Notes under the pieces: model-generated
Database searches by the model: none
Told to the model about the DNA's origin: nothing
What the model saw: only the letters and a program-made list of their open reading frames with translations
Origin: Felis catus
Taxonomy: Eukaryota
Reading direction: 5' to 3'
NCBI RefSeq assembly: GCF_018350175.1
Contig: NC_058383.1
Location: 28,770,001 to 28,834,000 of the forward strand
DNA: 64,000 nt
Shown: piece after piece, positions 36,526 through 50,078 of the stretch
How positions within the stretch are numbered: position 1 is the stretch's first letter
Layout of the letters: each line of letters opens with the position of its first letter
Made by a program: the position numbers and the translations under genes

Positions 36526-38208
36526 ACTGTTGAATGTTGGCAGTTTCACACAGTTCAACCTGGAAAGTCCAAAGACACATAGATACAAAGGCTTCAGAAT
36601 TGATGGGTTCCTTAAGAAGATAAGGCCAGCAACATTAATTCTACAAACTTCCAAATCAGTGTAGGACAGAGTGACATCGATGAGGATAAGGGGTACCTTT
36701 ATCTTTCTGATTCCATCCCCAACAAGTCCTAGGAAAGACTCCCAATAAGAAGCATATCTCAGTGAAAGATTTACATTTTCCAGTGACTATAGCATGCTTT
36801 TCTTTAAGCAGTTTTCTTGTGTTCTAGAATAAGTGTGTGATTCCAGATAAACTAGTAAACGTTACAGAAATAGAGCTTGGCTGGTATGCAGTGTTCTTCC
36901 ATCTGTGTAGTTGTTAGGAAGTATTTATTCATGATACAAAGTCTGAGTGAATTGATTCTTCAGAGTAGCGGTCTCTGGGAATATAGTTTTTGAAACTTAG
37001 ACTTGGACCCCTAGCATTCCCAGCATAGATCTTCAGGCGAGTGATCTGAATGCTCTGTTTTTGCTTTTGTGTTTTAACCCTCATATTGCATACTTCTGTG
37101 ACAGGTTTGATCTGAAGTTACTAAGGCTGCCTCCTTGTCTCCACCAGGTTTTTACCTCTCGGTCGTGTATTTTTGCCCCTTCTTCTTCCCATATGTTCTT
37201 TTCTGCTTCTCTTCTTGATGAATTGGTAAGATTAAGTATTAATGCCCTATGCGATATTTGCACGTCCTTCTTCAACCAGAAATATTATGCTACTTCATGA
37301 GCCAGTCATTACAGTGTATCTTCATGTTCTCCAGCACACACTCAAGCAGAGAGTCCGACTTAGTTAAAAATAAGATTTTCCAGGGGTATCCAATTCTTAG
37401 AAGACAGACGGTAGTGCCTGGTTCTTAATGAAAAGCTTTTCTTTAAAAATCAGGCACAAGCATTTACAGATGTAGAGATTGAGATTACAAAAAGGTAAGC
37501 CAGGTTTGCGGGGCACTCTATCAACTTCCCAGAAGCTCCCTGTCATTTTCTCTTGACATTGACCTGAGAGGAGCAGGTGCTGCTGTGTTCTGGGTGCTTC
37601 TCAGAGATGTGTTGCATTTGGGGTACTTGAGGAACTGGTGCTGGGTAGCAGGCACTGTTTCTGTTTTCACCGGGGAGGAAAATCAATGATTTCGAGAGAG
37701 TTGACAGTTGCACGATTATCACTCTCTGGGATTAACATTGTTTAGGAAGATGTGGAAGGCCACAGTAGTTGGTATGTAAGAAACACAGCATTTTGAAGGT
37801 TTCTCTGATCGCTGTGATCTGTTGGAGAAACGTGGTGATTTTTATGTCTAACGCGTGTGTTGTAAATCGGCATTTGACGACGCCACAGTCTTCTGTCCGA
37901 TATGAGCAGCTGGTGCTCTCGTGTGCCTCAGTTTTTCTTTGTTAATAACTCTGATTATGAATGTTCCTCCCCTGAAAAAATTATTGAAACTACAGTATCG
38001 TTTACTTGTATTGATGAATGTTGTGATGTATACGTTTTAAAATATGTTAGACTGCCTTTTTCCCTCTTTATGGGGGCTGCTCTGTGTTTCCCAAATAGCA
38101 GTTATTTATATGCCATTTTTGAATTTTGCCACTGCACTATACCACTCGCACTATTATTTGCTTACTATTTCTTTTAAGTTGAGTTTAAATCCACTCACCT
38201 ACCTTTTT

Positions 38209-40322
38209 TATTTAAAAAAAAAATTTTTTTTTTCAACGTTTATTTATTTTTGGGACACAGAGACAGAGCATGAACGGGGGATGGGCAGAGAGAGAGGGAG
38301 ACACAGAATCGGAAACAGGCTCCAGGCTCTGAGCTGTCAGCCCAGAGCCTGTCGCGGGGCTCAAACTCACGGATCGCGAGATCGTGACCTGGCTGAAGTC
38401 GGACGCTCAACCAACTGCCCCACCCAGGCGCCCCTCACCTACCTTTTTTAAATTGAAGGACAGTTTATATGCAGTAAAATTACCCACTTTAATGCTACAG
38501 TTTGAGTTTTGGCAGTTATACACCGAGATAGAACCATCAGCATCATCAAGATACAGGACATTTGCATCTCCCTGAGAAGTTCCCTTGTGCCTCTTTACAG
38601 TGGATCCCAGATCTGTTTTTTGTTCGCATAATCTGTCCCCGCTTTATTTTTAACTTAGATTTTGCTAAGCAGTGGGGTCTGTGAATTCAGTTGGAGGTCT
38701 TATTTTTTCCCCTAATTCACATGAAAATAAAGATATAATTTTGGTGTCACACTTGGTTCAACTAAAGGAAGTGTATACAAGAGCTTGTTAAAGCATGCTT
38801 GAAAGCTGAGAACATTAAAAAAAAATTTTTTTAAGTCTATTTATTTATTTTGAGAGAGACATGAGTAGGGAATGGGGCAGAGAGAGAGGGAGAGAGAGAG
38901 AATCCCAAGCCGGCTCTGCACTGCCAGCTCAGAGCCCAGTGCGGGGCTCAAACTCACTAAACTGTGAGATCATGACCTGGACCAAAACCAGGAGTCTGAA
39001 GCTTAACCAGCTGAGCCACCCAAGAACCCTGAAAGCTGAGAACATTTTAAAAGTGACTGTAGAGCAATAGTTCCCAAACTTTATGCCCTAAGATTATTAT
39101 TTTTCTACTGCAGTTTCTACTTTCGAAAGGTTGTTATAAACAACTTTATAGTAAGTAATCTTTATTAACAAAAGATTGTTTATCTGATTGTTTATAATTG
39201 CCAACATCCATACAGCACGTTGCATCCTGCAGGTGGGGTGTCAAATCAGTGTCTCAGGTCATGACCACAAGTTGTTGAACGATGAAATCGAACAAAATGA
39301 TAAATAGAATGTATTCCAAATAAGGGTAGGAATAGTACCAGTGCTACTTCATACTGACTTGATAGAATTCTAGCCAAAAGCAAAAATAAGTGATTTTTTT
39401 CATTAATCCGTGCAGCTCTATTCCAGATGAATTTAGAATTTCCTACTAGCTTTTTGAAAACTCAAGAATTACTTCCCGACTCCCTTTATTGTTTTCTCTT
39501 GCATTTGACTCTTGACTTTTTTCCTTATACGTTTAAGTTGTGAGAACTTCAATTGGCGATATTTGTGAACATTACAAGTGTGTTATTTCTTCTTTTGATA
39601 GTGACAGGATATTTTAATACTTCACACTGACTCAAAGTGATGAAAATCACCTAGTATAAAAATGGCTCTCAAAAATGCTTCTAAAATGATGAACGGTGGG
39701 TCCCGTTTTACACAATGAGCTGTTTCAGTTCCGTGACAATCACCGTACAAACAATTGAGTGGTTCTTCTTAGGAGCCTTGAAATTGCATTAAGCCCTACC
39801 ACGCATCTATGTTCGATATAATTGAAGCAAAAATAATGAACCCACTTCATTACACAGCAGAATCAGCCGTAGCAGAAATGTAATTCATTAAACGTACAGG
39901 CTACTGACTAGCAGTCTAATAGCTGTCTCTGAATCCTCAGTAATGAGTATTTAGGTTTCATGATTATGTATGCACGCTCTGTAAATGCTTCGTTGCTCTG
40001 TTTTGGTTTGTTTTTTTAATAGTAGGACTGCTGCAAGTGTCTAAGGCTGAGCGACCCAGGGTGAGAGGAGACTGTACGAGTCCAAGCTCAGATGTCTGAG
40101 TTGGCCACCACTCCCTTTCCTAGAAAAGCATTTTTTTTTTTACATTTATATATGAGAGACAGTGAGACAAAGTGAGAGAGAGGGAGACACAGCATCCGAA
40201 GCAGGCTCCAGGCTCTGAGCCGTCAGTACAGAGCCCGACACGGGGCTCGAACCCACAGACCGTGAGATCATGACCTGAGCCGAAGTTGGACACTCAACCG
40301 ACTGAGCCACCCAGGCGTCCCT
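38209..40322 (-). mobile_element. Three separate minus-strand SINEs: ~38209-38433, ~38826-39029, ~40131-40321
   Basis: TSDs CTCACCTACCTTTTTT, TGAAAGCTGAGAACATT, CT(A/G)GAAAAGCAT. Confidence 0.88.
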
Positions 40323-41852
40323 GGAAAAGCATCTTAAAACACTACATTCATATGTGCTGTTGTTACCTGGACTGTCTCTTAAGGTCAGAAGGAAAGACAA
40401 TGGAAAGGAAGCAGACTGAAGACCCCTGGCCTCCAAAGGGGGGATGATTGGAATCTCTTGGTGATTTTATTAACAGAGGGACCTTTTTCCAGTTGTTTCT
40501 GGAAACAACTTCTGGGAAAAGATTTTTAGTCAAGTCACTTGACCCAAGATTTAAATGAGGGAGAATGTATTCAGGTGTGTTTAGAGGCAGGCAAAGAAAC
40601 CTGTTGTCCTAATACCTGCACTTCAGGGGCACTACTTGCAAGTTATATGTTGTCTTTGATTTTACCTTATAACTCAAACAGCCATGGCCACAAACATTTG
40701 CGTGGGCTCCACTATGTGGAGCGATGGTGTGAGCGTTTTGGTGAATGTTTTAGCGAAGGCCTGGTTTGCCCGGACTGTCTCAGCTCATCATACCTGTTGT
40801 CATGGCTTAATTGCTAATAGTGCTTCCTTTCGCTCTTGAAAATGCCCTGGTTTGGATGCTGAGTTTTGGGTCATGTCGTTGAGACTGTGAAATCTTACCA
40901 ATAGGGAGAGCCTTCTGATAGACTTTTTATCTAGGTGAAAACATTAATCACACAAGGATCATCTTTAAGATGCCTTAAGAGGCCTTAGCTCTAATTATGA
41001 CTTTTGAGTTCAAGGCTTTCTCCAAGTGTGAGTTGGTATGTTTACTTATTTGATAAAATTAGAGGTAGTATTGCCTAGTGGTTAAGAGCGCTGGTTCTGG
41101 GATAGTACAGGCCCTAAAGCATATGATCTGTGCCTTTGGGTTAGTTAAGAAGTGATGCATTTAGAGTGGTAAGTTAGCATAATGCCTGGAATATAGTAAG
41201 CAGTCTGTTAACTGTTAGTAATTATTAAGGATCACAGATCTTATTGAGCCCTTTTTCTGTGCTAGACCCTGTGCTTGGGGCTAAGGAATTAAAAAAAAAA
41301 AAGACATTCTTCCTAGGAACTTTACACAGAATGCTGTCTTTTCCCTCTCTCCAGATCCTGAAACAATCTCCATCCAGATGCCAAATAATAAATATTTTTA
41401 TACAACTCAGTGTTTCTCTCACGTAGGTTTGTGTCTGTCTGATGCCTTGCTGTTGTTTATTAACATTTACCACCCAACTGCCGCGTCTGGCACTGTAATA
41501 GGTCTTGAGGGTGTGAAATGTTAGTAAGATAACCATGGCTGCTCTCACTAGAAGCGTATGGAGGCATGGTTTTTAGTTTTAAGGAACCAGTTAACAAATA
41601 CATGTTTTTCTCAGAGCATTCCTTGCCTGACAGAGCGTAATATTATCCTGCATCTGGCTAACATTTTGTGTTTTGGATTATCTAGTTAACACAACAAACA
41701 CATGAGGGTTTGTGGAATTGGGGTCACATATTCACATTTAATTTACTGGAGCATTACTATGTTTTTGACCCACCCACTTCTCGCCACCTCCTCCACCCCC
41801 AACTTCACTTCCTAAAAGAGAGGAGAAGCCAGAACAATTTAAATGTAAGCCA

Positions 41853-42908
41853 TGCCTCAAGGGAATTAAGAGCAAAAATGAACCATTGGGACCTCATCAA
41901 GGTAGAAAGATTCTGCACTGCAAAGGAAACAATCAACAAAACTAAAAGGCAACCGACGGAATGGGAAAAGATATTTGTAAGTGACATATTGGACAAAGGG
42001 CTAGTATCCAAAATCTATAAAAAGCTCACCAAATTCTACACCCGAAAAACAAATAATCCAGTGAAGAAATGGGCAGAAAACATGAATAGACACTTCCCTA
42101 AAGAAGACATCCGGATGGCCAACAGGCACATGAAAAGATGCTCAACGTCGCTCCTCATCAGGGGACTACAAATCAAAACCACGCTGAGATAACCACCTCA
42201 CGCCCGTCAGAGTGGCTAAAATGAACAAATCGGGACTATAGATGCTGGCGAGGGTGTGGAGAAACAGGAACCCTCTTGCACTGTTGGTGGCAATGCAAAC
42301 TGGTACAGCCTCTCTGGAAAACAGCATGGAGATTCCTCAAAAAATTAAAAATAGAACTACCCTACGACCCAGCAATGGCACTACTAGGAATTTTCCAAGG
42401 GATACAGGAGTGCTGATGCATAGGGGCACATGCGCCCCAGTGTTTATAGCAGCACTTTCAACAATAGCCAAATTATGGAAAGAGCCTAAATGTCCCATCA
42501 ACTGATGAATGGATACAGAAGATGTGGTTTATATATTCAATGGACTACTACTTGGCAATGAGAAAGAATGCAATCCTGCCATTTGCAGCAACATGGATGG
42601 AACTGGAGGGTATTATGCTGAGTGAAATAAGCCAGGCAGAGAAAGACAGATACCATATGTTTTCACTCATATGTGGATCTGGAGAAACTTAACAGAAGAC
42701 CAAGGGGGAGGGGAAGGGGAAAAAAAAGTTACAGAGAGGGTAGGAAACAAACCATAAGAGACTCTTAAATACTGAGAACAAACTGAGGGATGATGGGGGT
42801 GGGGGAGAGGGGAAAGTGGGTGATGCGCATCGGGGAGGGCACCTGTTGGGATGAGCCCTGGGCGTTGTATGGAAACCAATGACAAGAAATTATATTAAAA
42901 TAAATAAA
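41853..42908 (+). mobile_element. 5'-truncated LINE-1 (frameshifted ORF2 3' end and 3' UTR) in PDXDC1 intron 1
   Basis: ORF2 peptide [13 protein letters not shown]...[13 protein letters not shown]; (TAAA)n tail; TSD TAAATG(T/C)AAGCCA at 41840-41852 and 42909-42921. Confidence 0.93.
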
Positions 42909-43502
42909 TAAATGCAAGCCAGTCCTCCCAATGAGCGTGTGCTCTGTGCAGAGAAAGACTCACACGGGAGAGCGTGAAGCTGCATTTCCCCCCACCTTTC
43001 ACCGTGTAAACATCTCACTATCACATGTGACTTCTGTGTTTAAAATAAATATTGTTCATAAGTAGTGAATTCTAAACTAAGTCAACTATTTTGTCTACTC
43101 TTAACTGAAAAATGTGTTCCAATCCTATAGGAACATTAGCTGTGTTGCCCTTAGAGCCTGTATGTTGATGCCCTTTATGCTGTGGCTTCCTAAGGGGTTT
43201 CAGAGGTAACATGACAGTCCGAGAATGAAGCTGACTGGAGACCTTTTGTCCTACAAAAGCAATCAAAATTAGTAAGAGTCTGAATCACTGCCTTCAGGAA
43301 GCTTATCATCTAGAAGGATCATCTCTAAAACAAGTCTCAGTAGAAGATGTAAGGAATCATAAGCAGCAATTGCATGTTAGAATGGCCCCAGTTTCAAGGG
43401 TTGTGTTCCATTGTCCCCATAAATAAACACATAAATAAATAAATTGTGTTTATCAAGCAACAGGTTCAGATTATTTGGCCTAGAAAAAATGGGATTGATA
43501 TC

Positions 43503-43697
43503 TTTTTTTTTTTTTTTTTTTTTTAAGAAAGCATGCACAAGCAGGGGAGGAGGCAAAGGGAGGAAGAGAGAGAATCCCAAGCAGCCTCCATGCTCAGCAT
43601 GGACCCTGATGTGGGGCTCAGTCCCATGACCCTGGGATTGACCTGAGCCGAAATCAAGAGTCAGACACTCAATTGACTGAGCCACCCAGGTGCCCCA
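43503..43697 (-). mobile_element. Can-SINE
   Basis: TSD ATTGATATCT. Confidence 0.85.
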
Positions 43698-44574
43698 TAT
43701 TGATATCTCTAAAGAGAATATGAGAGAGTGAAATGGATTTATCCATAAAAGTTTCTTGGAAGTACTGAATTGTGATTTAATAGCTGGAGAGAGAAAAGGC
43801 AGAAAGGCATTTCAGACATGGCAAGTGTTAAAAGCATGAAACATCGAGGTGTGGTTGATCAAGCAAAACTGTTTGTCTTTTCCTTTGGCCAAATGATTGG
43901 GGACACACTGGAGTGTCACAGGAGGTGAGAATAATAAGGAACGTGGCCGTAGACTGAGGAGTTAAGATAAATTCTCTGGACCATTATTTGTTCCTCGTAT
44001 CCCACTCATGATCATTAGCTGAGAACACTGAGACCATTTTAGATGGCATTCTAACCCATCTCATGGTTACATTTAAATTGTAGAGTTGATTGTAAACACC
44101 ATTTTTAGAATGATTTTTCTGTCTTGTGTAAAAATCATATTGGACGTGGCTACATGCTTATTTTTGTAATCCCTCTTGGGAGTCACTGTGATGTAATAGA
44201 AAAGGAGCCAGGAAACCCGGGGTCTGGCACCACTCCACCATCTGTTAGCTCTGTGACCTTAGGCCACTCGCTTCACCTCTCTGAGTCTTAGTCCTCACTT
44301 ATAAAATGGCAGACCGGACCTTTACATGTTATACTTTCTTTGCTTTCTTTTCATTAATTTTCTTCTTATTGTTATGAAACGGATCTGATCTCCTTAATGG
44401 AGGGTTGGGAGCTGAAAGCCCCACCTGCCTGCCCATCCGCACTTTTCCAGAGTTCTTCCCAAGAGTCCTAAGACTCAGAAGAACACAAGTGGAGAATCCC
44501 TGGACCACATCCCTAAGGTCTCTTCTAGAATGAACATCTTCTATACTTACATTGATAGACTGAGTATAATTTCT

Positions 44575-45007
44575 TTTTTTATTTTTTTTTCAATGTTTAT
44601 TTATTTTTGGGACAGAGAGAGACAGAGCATGAACGGGGGAGGGGCAGAGAGAGAGGGAGACACAGAATCGGAAACAGGCTCCAGGCTCCGAGCCATCAGC
44701 CCAGAGCCTGACGCGGGGCTCGAACTCACGGAGCGCGAGATCGTGACCTGGCTGAAGTCGGACGCCTAACCGACTGCGCCACCCAGGCGCCCCTAATTTC
44801 TTTTTTTAAATATATTTTTTAATGTTTATTTTGAGAGACAGAGCATGAGTGGGGGAGGGGCAGAGAGAGGAGACACAGAATCCGAGGCAGGCTCCAGGCT
44901 CTGAGCTGTCAGCACAGAGCCCGATGTGGGGCTCGAACCCACAGACTGCGAGGTCATGACCTGAGCCGAAGTCAGACGCTCAACCAACTGAGCCACCCAG
45001 GTGCCCC
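44575..45007 (-). mobile_element. Nested SINEs: young copy (~44580-44793) at the tail of an older copy (~44810-45007)
   Basis: Inner duplication TAATTTCTTTTTT; outer duplication TGAGTA(T/G)AATTTCTT. Confidence 0.88.
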
Positions 45008-45317
45008 TGAGTAGAATTTCTTAAAAACAGTTTTGAGGAGATACTGCAATACTAACTGTAATACAACCTATTGTACATTTACTCCATATAATATTAGGTG
45101 CAGTAGGAAATAAGGAGAGAACAGAGCATAAATACACTTGACATACACTTGAGTAAGAGGGGAACAGAAGAGAGCCTCTGTAACTGTTTATAACCCAACT
45201 CATATAGACATTCAAGACAACGAATATGTCTGCTTTAAGATTGCTAGGGAGATTAAGAAAAAAGAAAAAATGAGCTTGTGTGTTTAATTTTGTAAGATTT
45301 AAGAAATATTTTATTTA

Positions 45318-45734
45318 GAGGTGCCTAGGTCGCTCGGTTGAGCATCCAGCTTCGGCTCAGGGCATGATCTCACGGCTCGTGGGTTCAAGCCCCACATTGG
45401 ACTCTGTGCTGACAGCTCGGAGCCTGCAGCCTGCTTCAGATTCTGTGTTTTCCTCTCTCTCTCTGCCCCTGACCTGCTCATGTTCTGTCTGTCTCTCTCA
45501 AAACTAAACCTTAAAGAATTGAAAAATATTTTTAAATTTATTTTTTGAATGTGAGATAGTAGGACACTTGGTAATAAATCCAAAAAGAACATAAAGGAGC
45601 ACCCTACTGTTGATTTTGGCTCAGGTCATGATCCCATGAACCCGTGAGATGATCTCACGGGTTCGTGGGATCAAGCCCCCCATTGAGCTCTACACTGACA
45701 GTGTGGAGCCTGCTTGGGATTCTCTCTCTGCGCG

Positions 45735-45799
<65 letters not shown>

Positions 45800-45820
45800 A
45801 TAAATGAGCATTTAAAAAAT
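45318..45820 (+). mobile_element. Two Can-SINEs (~45318-45530, ~45597-45818)
   Basis: Typical body and CT tract. Confidence 0.8.
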
Positions 45821-45969
45821 GTCATTTCAAAAAATCAAAAGGAAATGAGCTGAAAAGACTCCTGATACGATGATGGCTGTCCTTCCAGAAGCTCCCTTCT
45901 CTGGAGGCAGTCACTATGACCAGCTGGGTAAGCTTCCAGAGTGTATGGAATCACTCCCAGATTTCTGAG

Positions 45970-46504
45970 AGTATTTATTTCCTGTGGCTACTCTGACAAA
46001 TTAGCAAAAACCGGGTGGCTTAGGACAACAGAAATGTATTTTCCCGCAGTCCTGGAGGCCAGAAGTTTGAAAGCTGTATCACTGGGCTGAAATCAAGGTG
46101 TTGGCAAGGGCTGCACTCCCTCCAGAGGTTCTTGGGGAGAGTCCCTCCCCTTCTGGAGCCAGTATGTTGCCAGCCAGCCCTGATTCCTTGGTTTGTGGCC
46201 CCATCACTCCAATTTTTGAGGCCAGCACCTCAAATCTCCCTCTGCTCTGTCTTCGCACAGCCTTCGTGCGTGCGTGCGTGCGTGTGTGTGTTATGTAGTC
46301 TCCCTCTACTTCTCTCGTCTGCGTATGTGTGACTGCATTTAGAGCTCACCTGGACAAATACTGGGTAATCTTACTATCTCAAGATCCTCAACTTAATCAC
46401 TTCTGTAAAGACTCTGCCACATAAGGTAACATTCACAAGTCCCAGAGATTACAATGTGAATATCTTCGGGGGGGGAGGGGGGGGCATTTTTCAGCCTACT
46501 ACAA
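45970..46504 (-). mobile_element. MaLR solo LTR (MLT1-like)
   Basis: GGGTGGCTTA..CAACAGAAAT..CTGGAGGCCAGAAGT..AAATCAAGGTGTTGGCAAGG..AACTTAATCAC..CATAAGGTAACATTCACA..TCAGCCTACTACA. Confidence 0.8.
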
Positions 46505-46777
46505 CAGTAAAACAAGTAGCATACTGTACAGACTTTTCTGGACCTCGCTTCTAAGTGTAAAACTGGAATAACCTAACGTTAATTCACTACCAGTTAAGTG
46601 GTTGTAATCCATAGAGTGGAATATGGTGTTATTACTAGGAATGAGGTGGATATACTACTGATATGGAACCATATTCACTGTAAAGTAAAAGCAAGTTGCA
46701 GCAGTACATAAGAGTTAGGTGAGAACTTGGAAAGATACGTGTCAAACTTGAGTGGCATGCCTTAGGGAGTGGACTTT

Positions 46778-47212
46778 TTATTTTATTTTATTTTTTATTT
46801 TATTTTTTTATTTTTTTTTTCAACGTTTATTTATTTTTGGGACAGAGAGAGACAGAGCATGAACGGGGGAAGGACAGAGAGAGAGGGAGACACAGAATCG
46901 GAAACAGGCTCCAGGCTCTGAGCCATCAGCCCAGAGCCCGACGCGGGGCTCGAACTCCCGGACCGCGAGATCGTGACCTGGCTGAAGTCGGACGCTTAAC
47001 CGACTGCGCCACCCAGGCGCCCCGGGAGTGGACTTTTTAATGTTATGTTTGTACTTTGGAATTTATTTTTTTTAAGATTTGTTTTATTTATTGGGGGGGG
47101 GGGGCAGAGCGAGAGGATCCCAAGCAGGGCTAGAACCCATGAACTGTGAGATCATGACCTGAGCCAAAATCAAGAGTCGGATGCTTCACCGACTGAGCCA
47201 CCCAGGCGCCCC
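46778..47212 (-). mobile_element. Two SINEs just upstream of PDXDC1 exon 2 (young ~46778-47023; internally deleted ~47065-47212)
   Basis: TSDs GGGAGTGGACTTTTT and GTACTTTGGAATTT. Confidence 0.88.
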
Positions 47213-47372
47213 GTACTTTGGAATTTTTTAATCACATGTACTTTACAGTAAATCTGTGTGTTTTATATTAAATCCAGAAGAAAATGGACTTGAATTTAAT
47301 TTTTCTGCATGGATTATGTTGCAGAAATAATACAGGATTATCCCGGTTTTAACCTTTTTTTGACTTCGCCAG

Positions 47373-47446
47373 ATAGCAGACCCTACACTGGCTGAGATGG
47401 GGAAGAACTTGAAGGAGGCCATGAAGATGTTGGAGCATAGTCAGAG
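47373..47446 (+). CDS. PDXDC1: PDXDC1 exon 2 (74 nt)
   Basis: CCAG|, IADPTLAEMGKNLKEAMKMLEHSQ(R), AG|GTGAGC. Confidence 0.95.
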
Positions 47447-47977
47447 GTGAGCGTGGGGCGTCAGTGACCCTAGGAAACGTGCTCAGCCTGTTGTGAAGCT
47501 GGTGGCACTGGTTTCCTGCCGGTAAAAACTCCTCTCGGTTTCAGAATGCCACGCGTAGTTGAGCTTCACCTGACTGGAAAGACGGTGTTCGTCTTGGGTA
47601 GAAGGTACTTTGTAATGAAAGGATTTTGAAATTGAGGGGCAGGACTTAGCATTTTCAGTTCTGCCTCTTAAGAGTTTCATTTACTTAATATATTGATTTG
47701 AATCTATAAATACTTTTTACTGTATATTTATATTTTAGAGGGCATCGGCTAACCAAGAAATGGGTTAAAAAGTGTCATTTTTTTTCATGTTCTTTTCCTG
47801 AGATTCAGCCTGTACCCCCAACTGGGGGCTAGGGTGATAGGGGTAGGAGAAGAGATGTGATAAGTGTGTTTTAAATCCTGTATCAGTTACCAAGAGGTTA
47901 CAGGCAGCATTGTCACCTGTTGGCCTGTTCAGATGTTAGCAATTTGGTGACATCGTTTTTTATTTCCTTTAAATTAG

Positions 47978-48043
47978 AAGAACAGAGGAGGAAAATGGAA
48001 AGAAGCTGGTATCAGGAGATATTCCGGGGCCACTCCAAGGCAG
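47978..48043 (+). CDS. PDXDC1: PDXDC1 exon 3 (66 nt)
   Basis: TTAG|, RTEEENGKKLVSGDIPGPLQG(S), CAG|GTAGGT; tandem TAGAAG acceptor. Confidence 0.94.
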
Positions 48044-49997
48044 GTAGGTGGCAGTGAAGGTGCCTACTTTTAGTTAGGGTATGTGTTTTCTTTAAACCAA
48101 GATTTTACAAACCATTGTTGGTTTATAATTTTAGTTGTGATAAGCACAGAGCAAATTGAGCGTCCTGTGCAGTGTAAGCAGGAAAACAGACTGCCATTGG
48201 TTGGTTGGTGAGAAATCTACCTGCTTCTTTCCCTTTCCCATTCAGGATCTAATTTAATTTAATTTCCCATTCAGAATTAACCTCGTGACTCAAAAGTGAA
48301 TGCACAAGTTTGTAACTATAACTCGACTGTCATACTTAGTTCCTCCTTGAAACCCATTATCTATTCAGTAGACTGAGCTTTGTGGTGAGAGATAGTTTAA
48401 TTTGATAAGATTTATTATTTGTATAATAAAGTAAAATGAAAATGTCAACTTTGATCATTTGTTGGCAGAGTGATTTCTTTTTTTGGCAACTGAAACCAAT
48501 CTGTCAAGCGTGTGTGGTTTAAGCTAGCAGGGAAAATAACAGGAAAAATAAGTAGCCGTGTAACTAGAATTTTCACAGGATGTTAGCCCTCAGTGTGGAC
48601 TTAAAGTCCCAGCCCCGCTTCCCTCAAACAAGCTTGTTTCTTCTGTTGTTTTATAACCAGGAAACTGCACATAGGTAAACAGTACAACTCCCTTAAATTG
48701 TCCTTTGACCTGACTATGAATATATACGAGGTTGCAAAAGGAAAGTTTGGAGGAAAGACACAATGTGTCATCAGGTGTCATATCTGACACACCCAGGTAC
48801 TAATATTTTGAGACAGGCGCTCCTGTGGGTTGCCTGAATGGTGCCGATTTGAAGCCCTCTAGCTGTAAGGTAGGTTCTGCAGCTGAGAGTGGGAGCCAAA
48901 TCCTGTCAGTCCTCTCCACCCAGAGCTGTGGATGGGAATGAAAGTGTTCTATTAAGCCCACAGAAGTTTCCCTAGAAGAGATACTACCAAGAACATCTGT
49001 AATGCTCCAAATGGGAGGGCATTAAAGCCACAGGTCAGGAGCTTTCACACTTAATGTAATAATGCCAACGTCTGAGATAGCGCTTGGCTAGGCACAGCAT
49101 TAAACGTTTTTCATGCACTGATTGCATCCTCACAGTTCCATAATGTAGGGTCTGAGGGAGTTCAACGGTTTGCTCAAGGTCACTTGGTGGGCCCCCACTC
49201 CCCACACAGTGTCCAAGGACCAGACCCCCTGTCACATGAGGGTCAGCACCTTGGTTTTGGCCTTGTTTTGGCGGTGCTTTTGAAAAAGAGAACTTGGTAT
49301 TAGTTCTCACTGATTGGTCCAGTCCCATTAATGGAATGATAATGTCTTTTCATTAGAGTTACTGCAAGTCGCCTTGCCATTGCTTTACTGCTTTAGCCAT
49401 TGACGTTCTTCGCATTAGTTTTCAGACAGTCACGTAATAAGCACTTAATGTCATATCTGGGAAGTAAACCTGTTTATACCGTAAGCAGATCTCAGATCTC
49501 TAGTTTCCCTGCTTGAGGAAGAAGTAATAAATGATGTTTGCGTTACATGTTTCAGTTGGTTAGAACAGACAGGACCCCTGCATGGAAGAAAACTAGCCAT
49601 ACCAGTGGCATTGGAGTATGGTTGCTGCTTTTGTGACCTTCCAGCATCTCAAAAGGACTATTTTGGTTCCTATAACATGCTTTTTAAATACTCTTCTTGG
49701 ATTCGAATGAACAGGTAGACAAATATTGCTAATGTAATCCTGGTGAAATTTTCAGAACTCAGTCTCCTATTTGGATAGAAGATTTAAATACCTGGTTATA
49801 TTGAGAATTCAGTTAATATGAGGTTTGTTTTTAAAAGCTGTATCCTGTATCTCAAACACGTTCTTTCTCCTCTAGCTACTCAATTAAAAAACAAAACAGA
49901 AAACACAACCTACCACAGCTTGTTTAAATGAAGGAAATAGAGTGGTGGGGATGTGAGCTGTTTCCACCTGTCTGTCAACTCTCTTTTGATTCTGCAG

Positions 49998-50078
49998 TGG
50001 ACAAGATATGGTGAGCATCCTCCAGCTAGTTCAGAATCTGATGCACGGAGAGGAAGAGGAGGAGTCCCAGAGCCCCCG
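49998..50078 (+). CDS. PDXDC1: PDXDC1 exon 4 (81 nt)
   Basis: CTGCAG|, GQDMVSILQLVQNLMHGEEEEESQSP(R), CG|GTAATG. Confidence 0.94.

Noticed and set aside
36090..36654. ORFs with GERRGRDGGET or SPPSLPRL repeats
   Set aside because: Translations of the 11-bp minisatellite inside a SINE.
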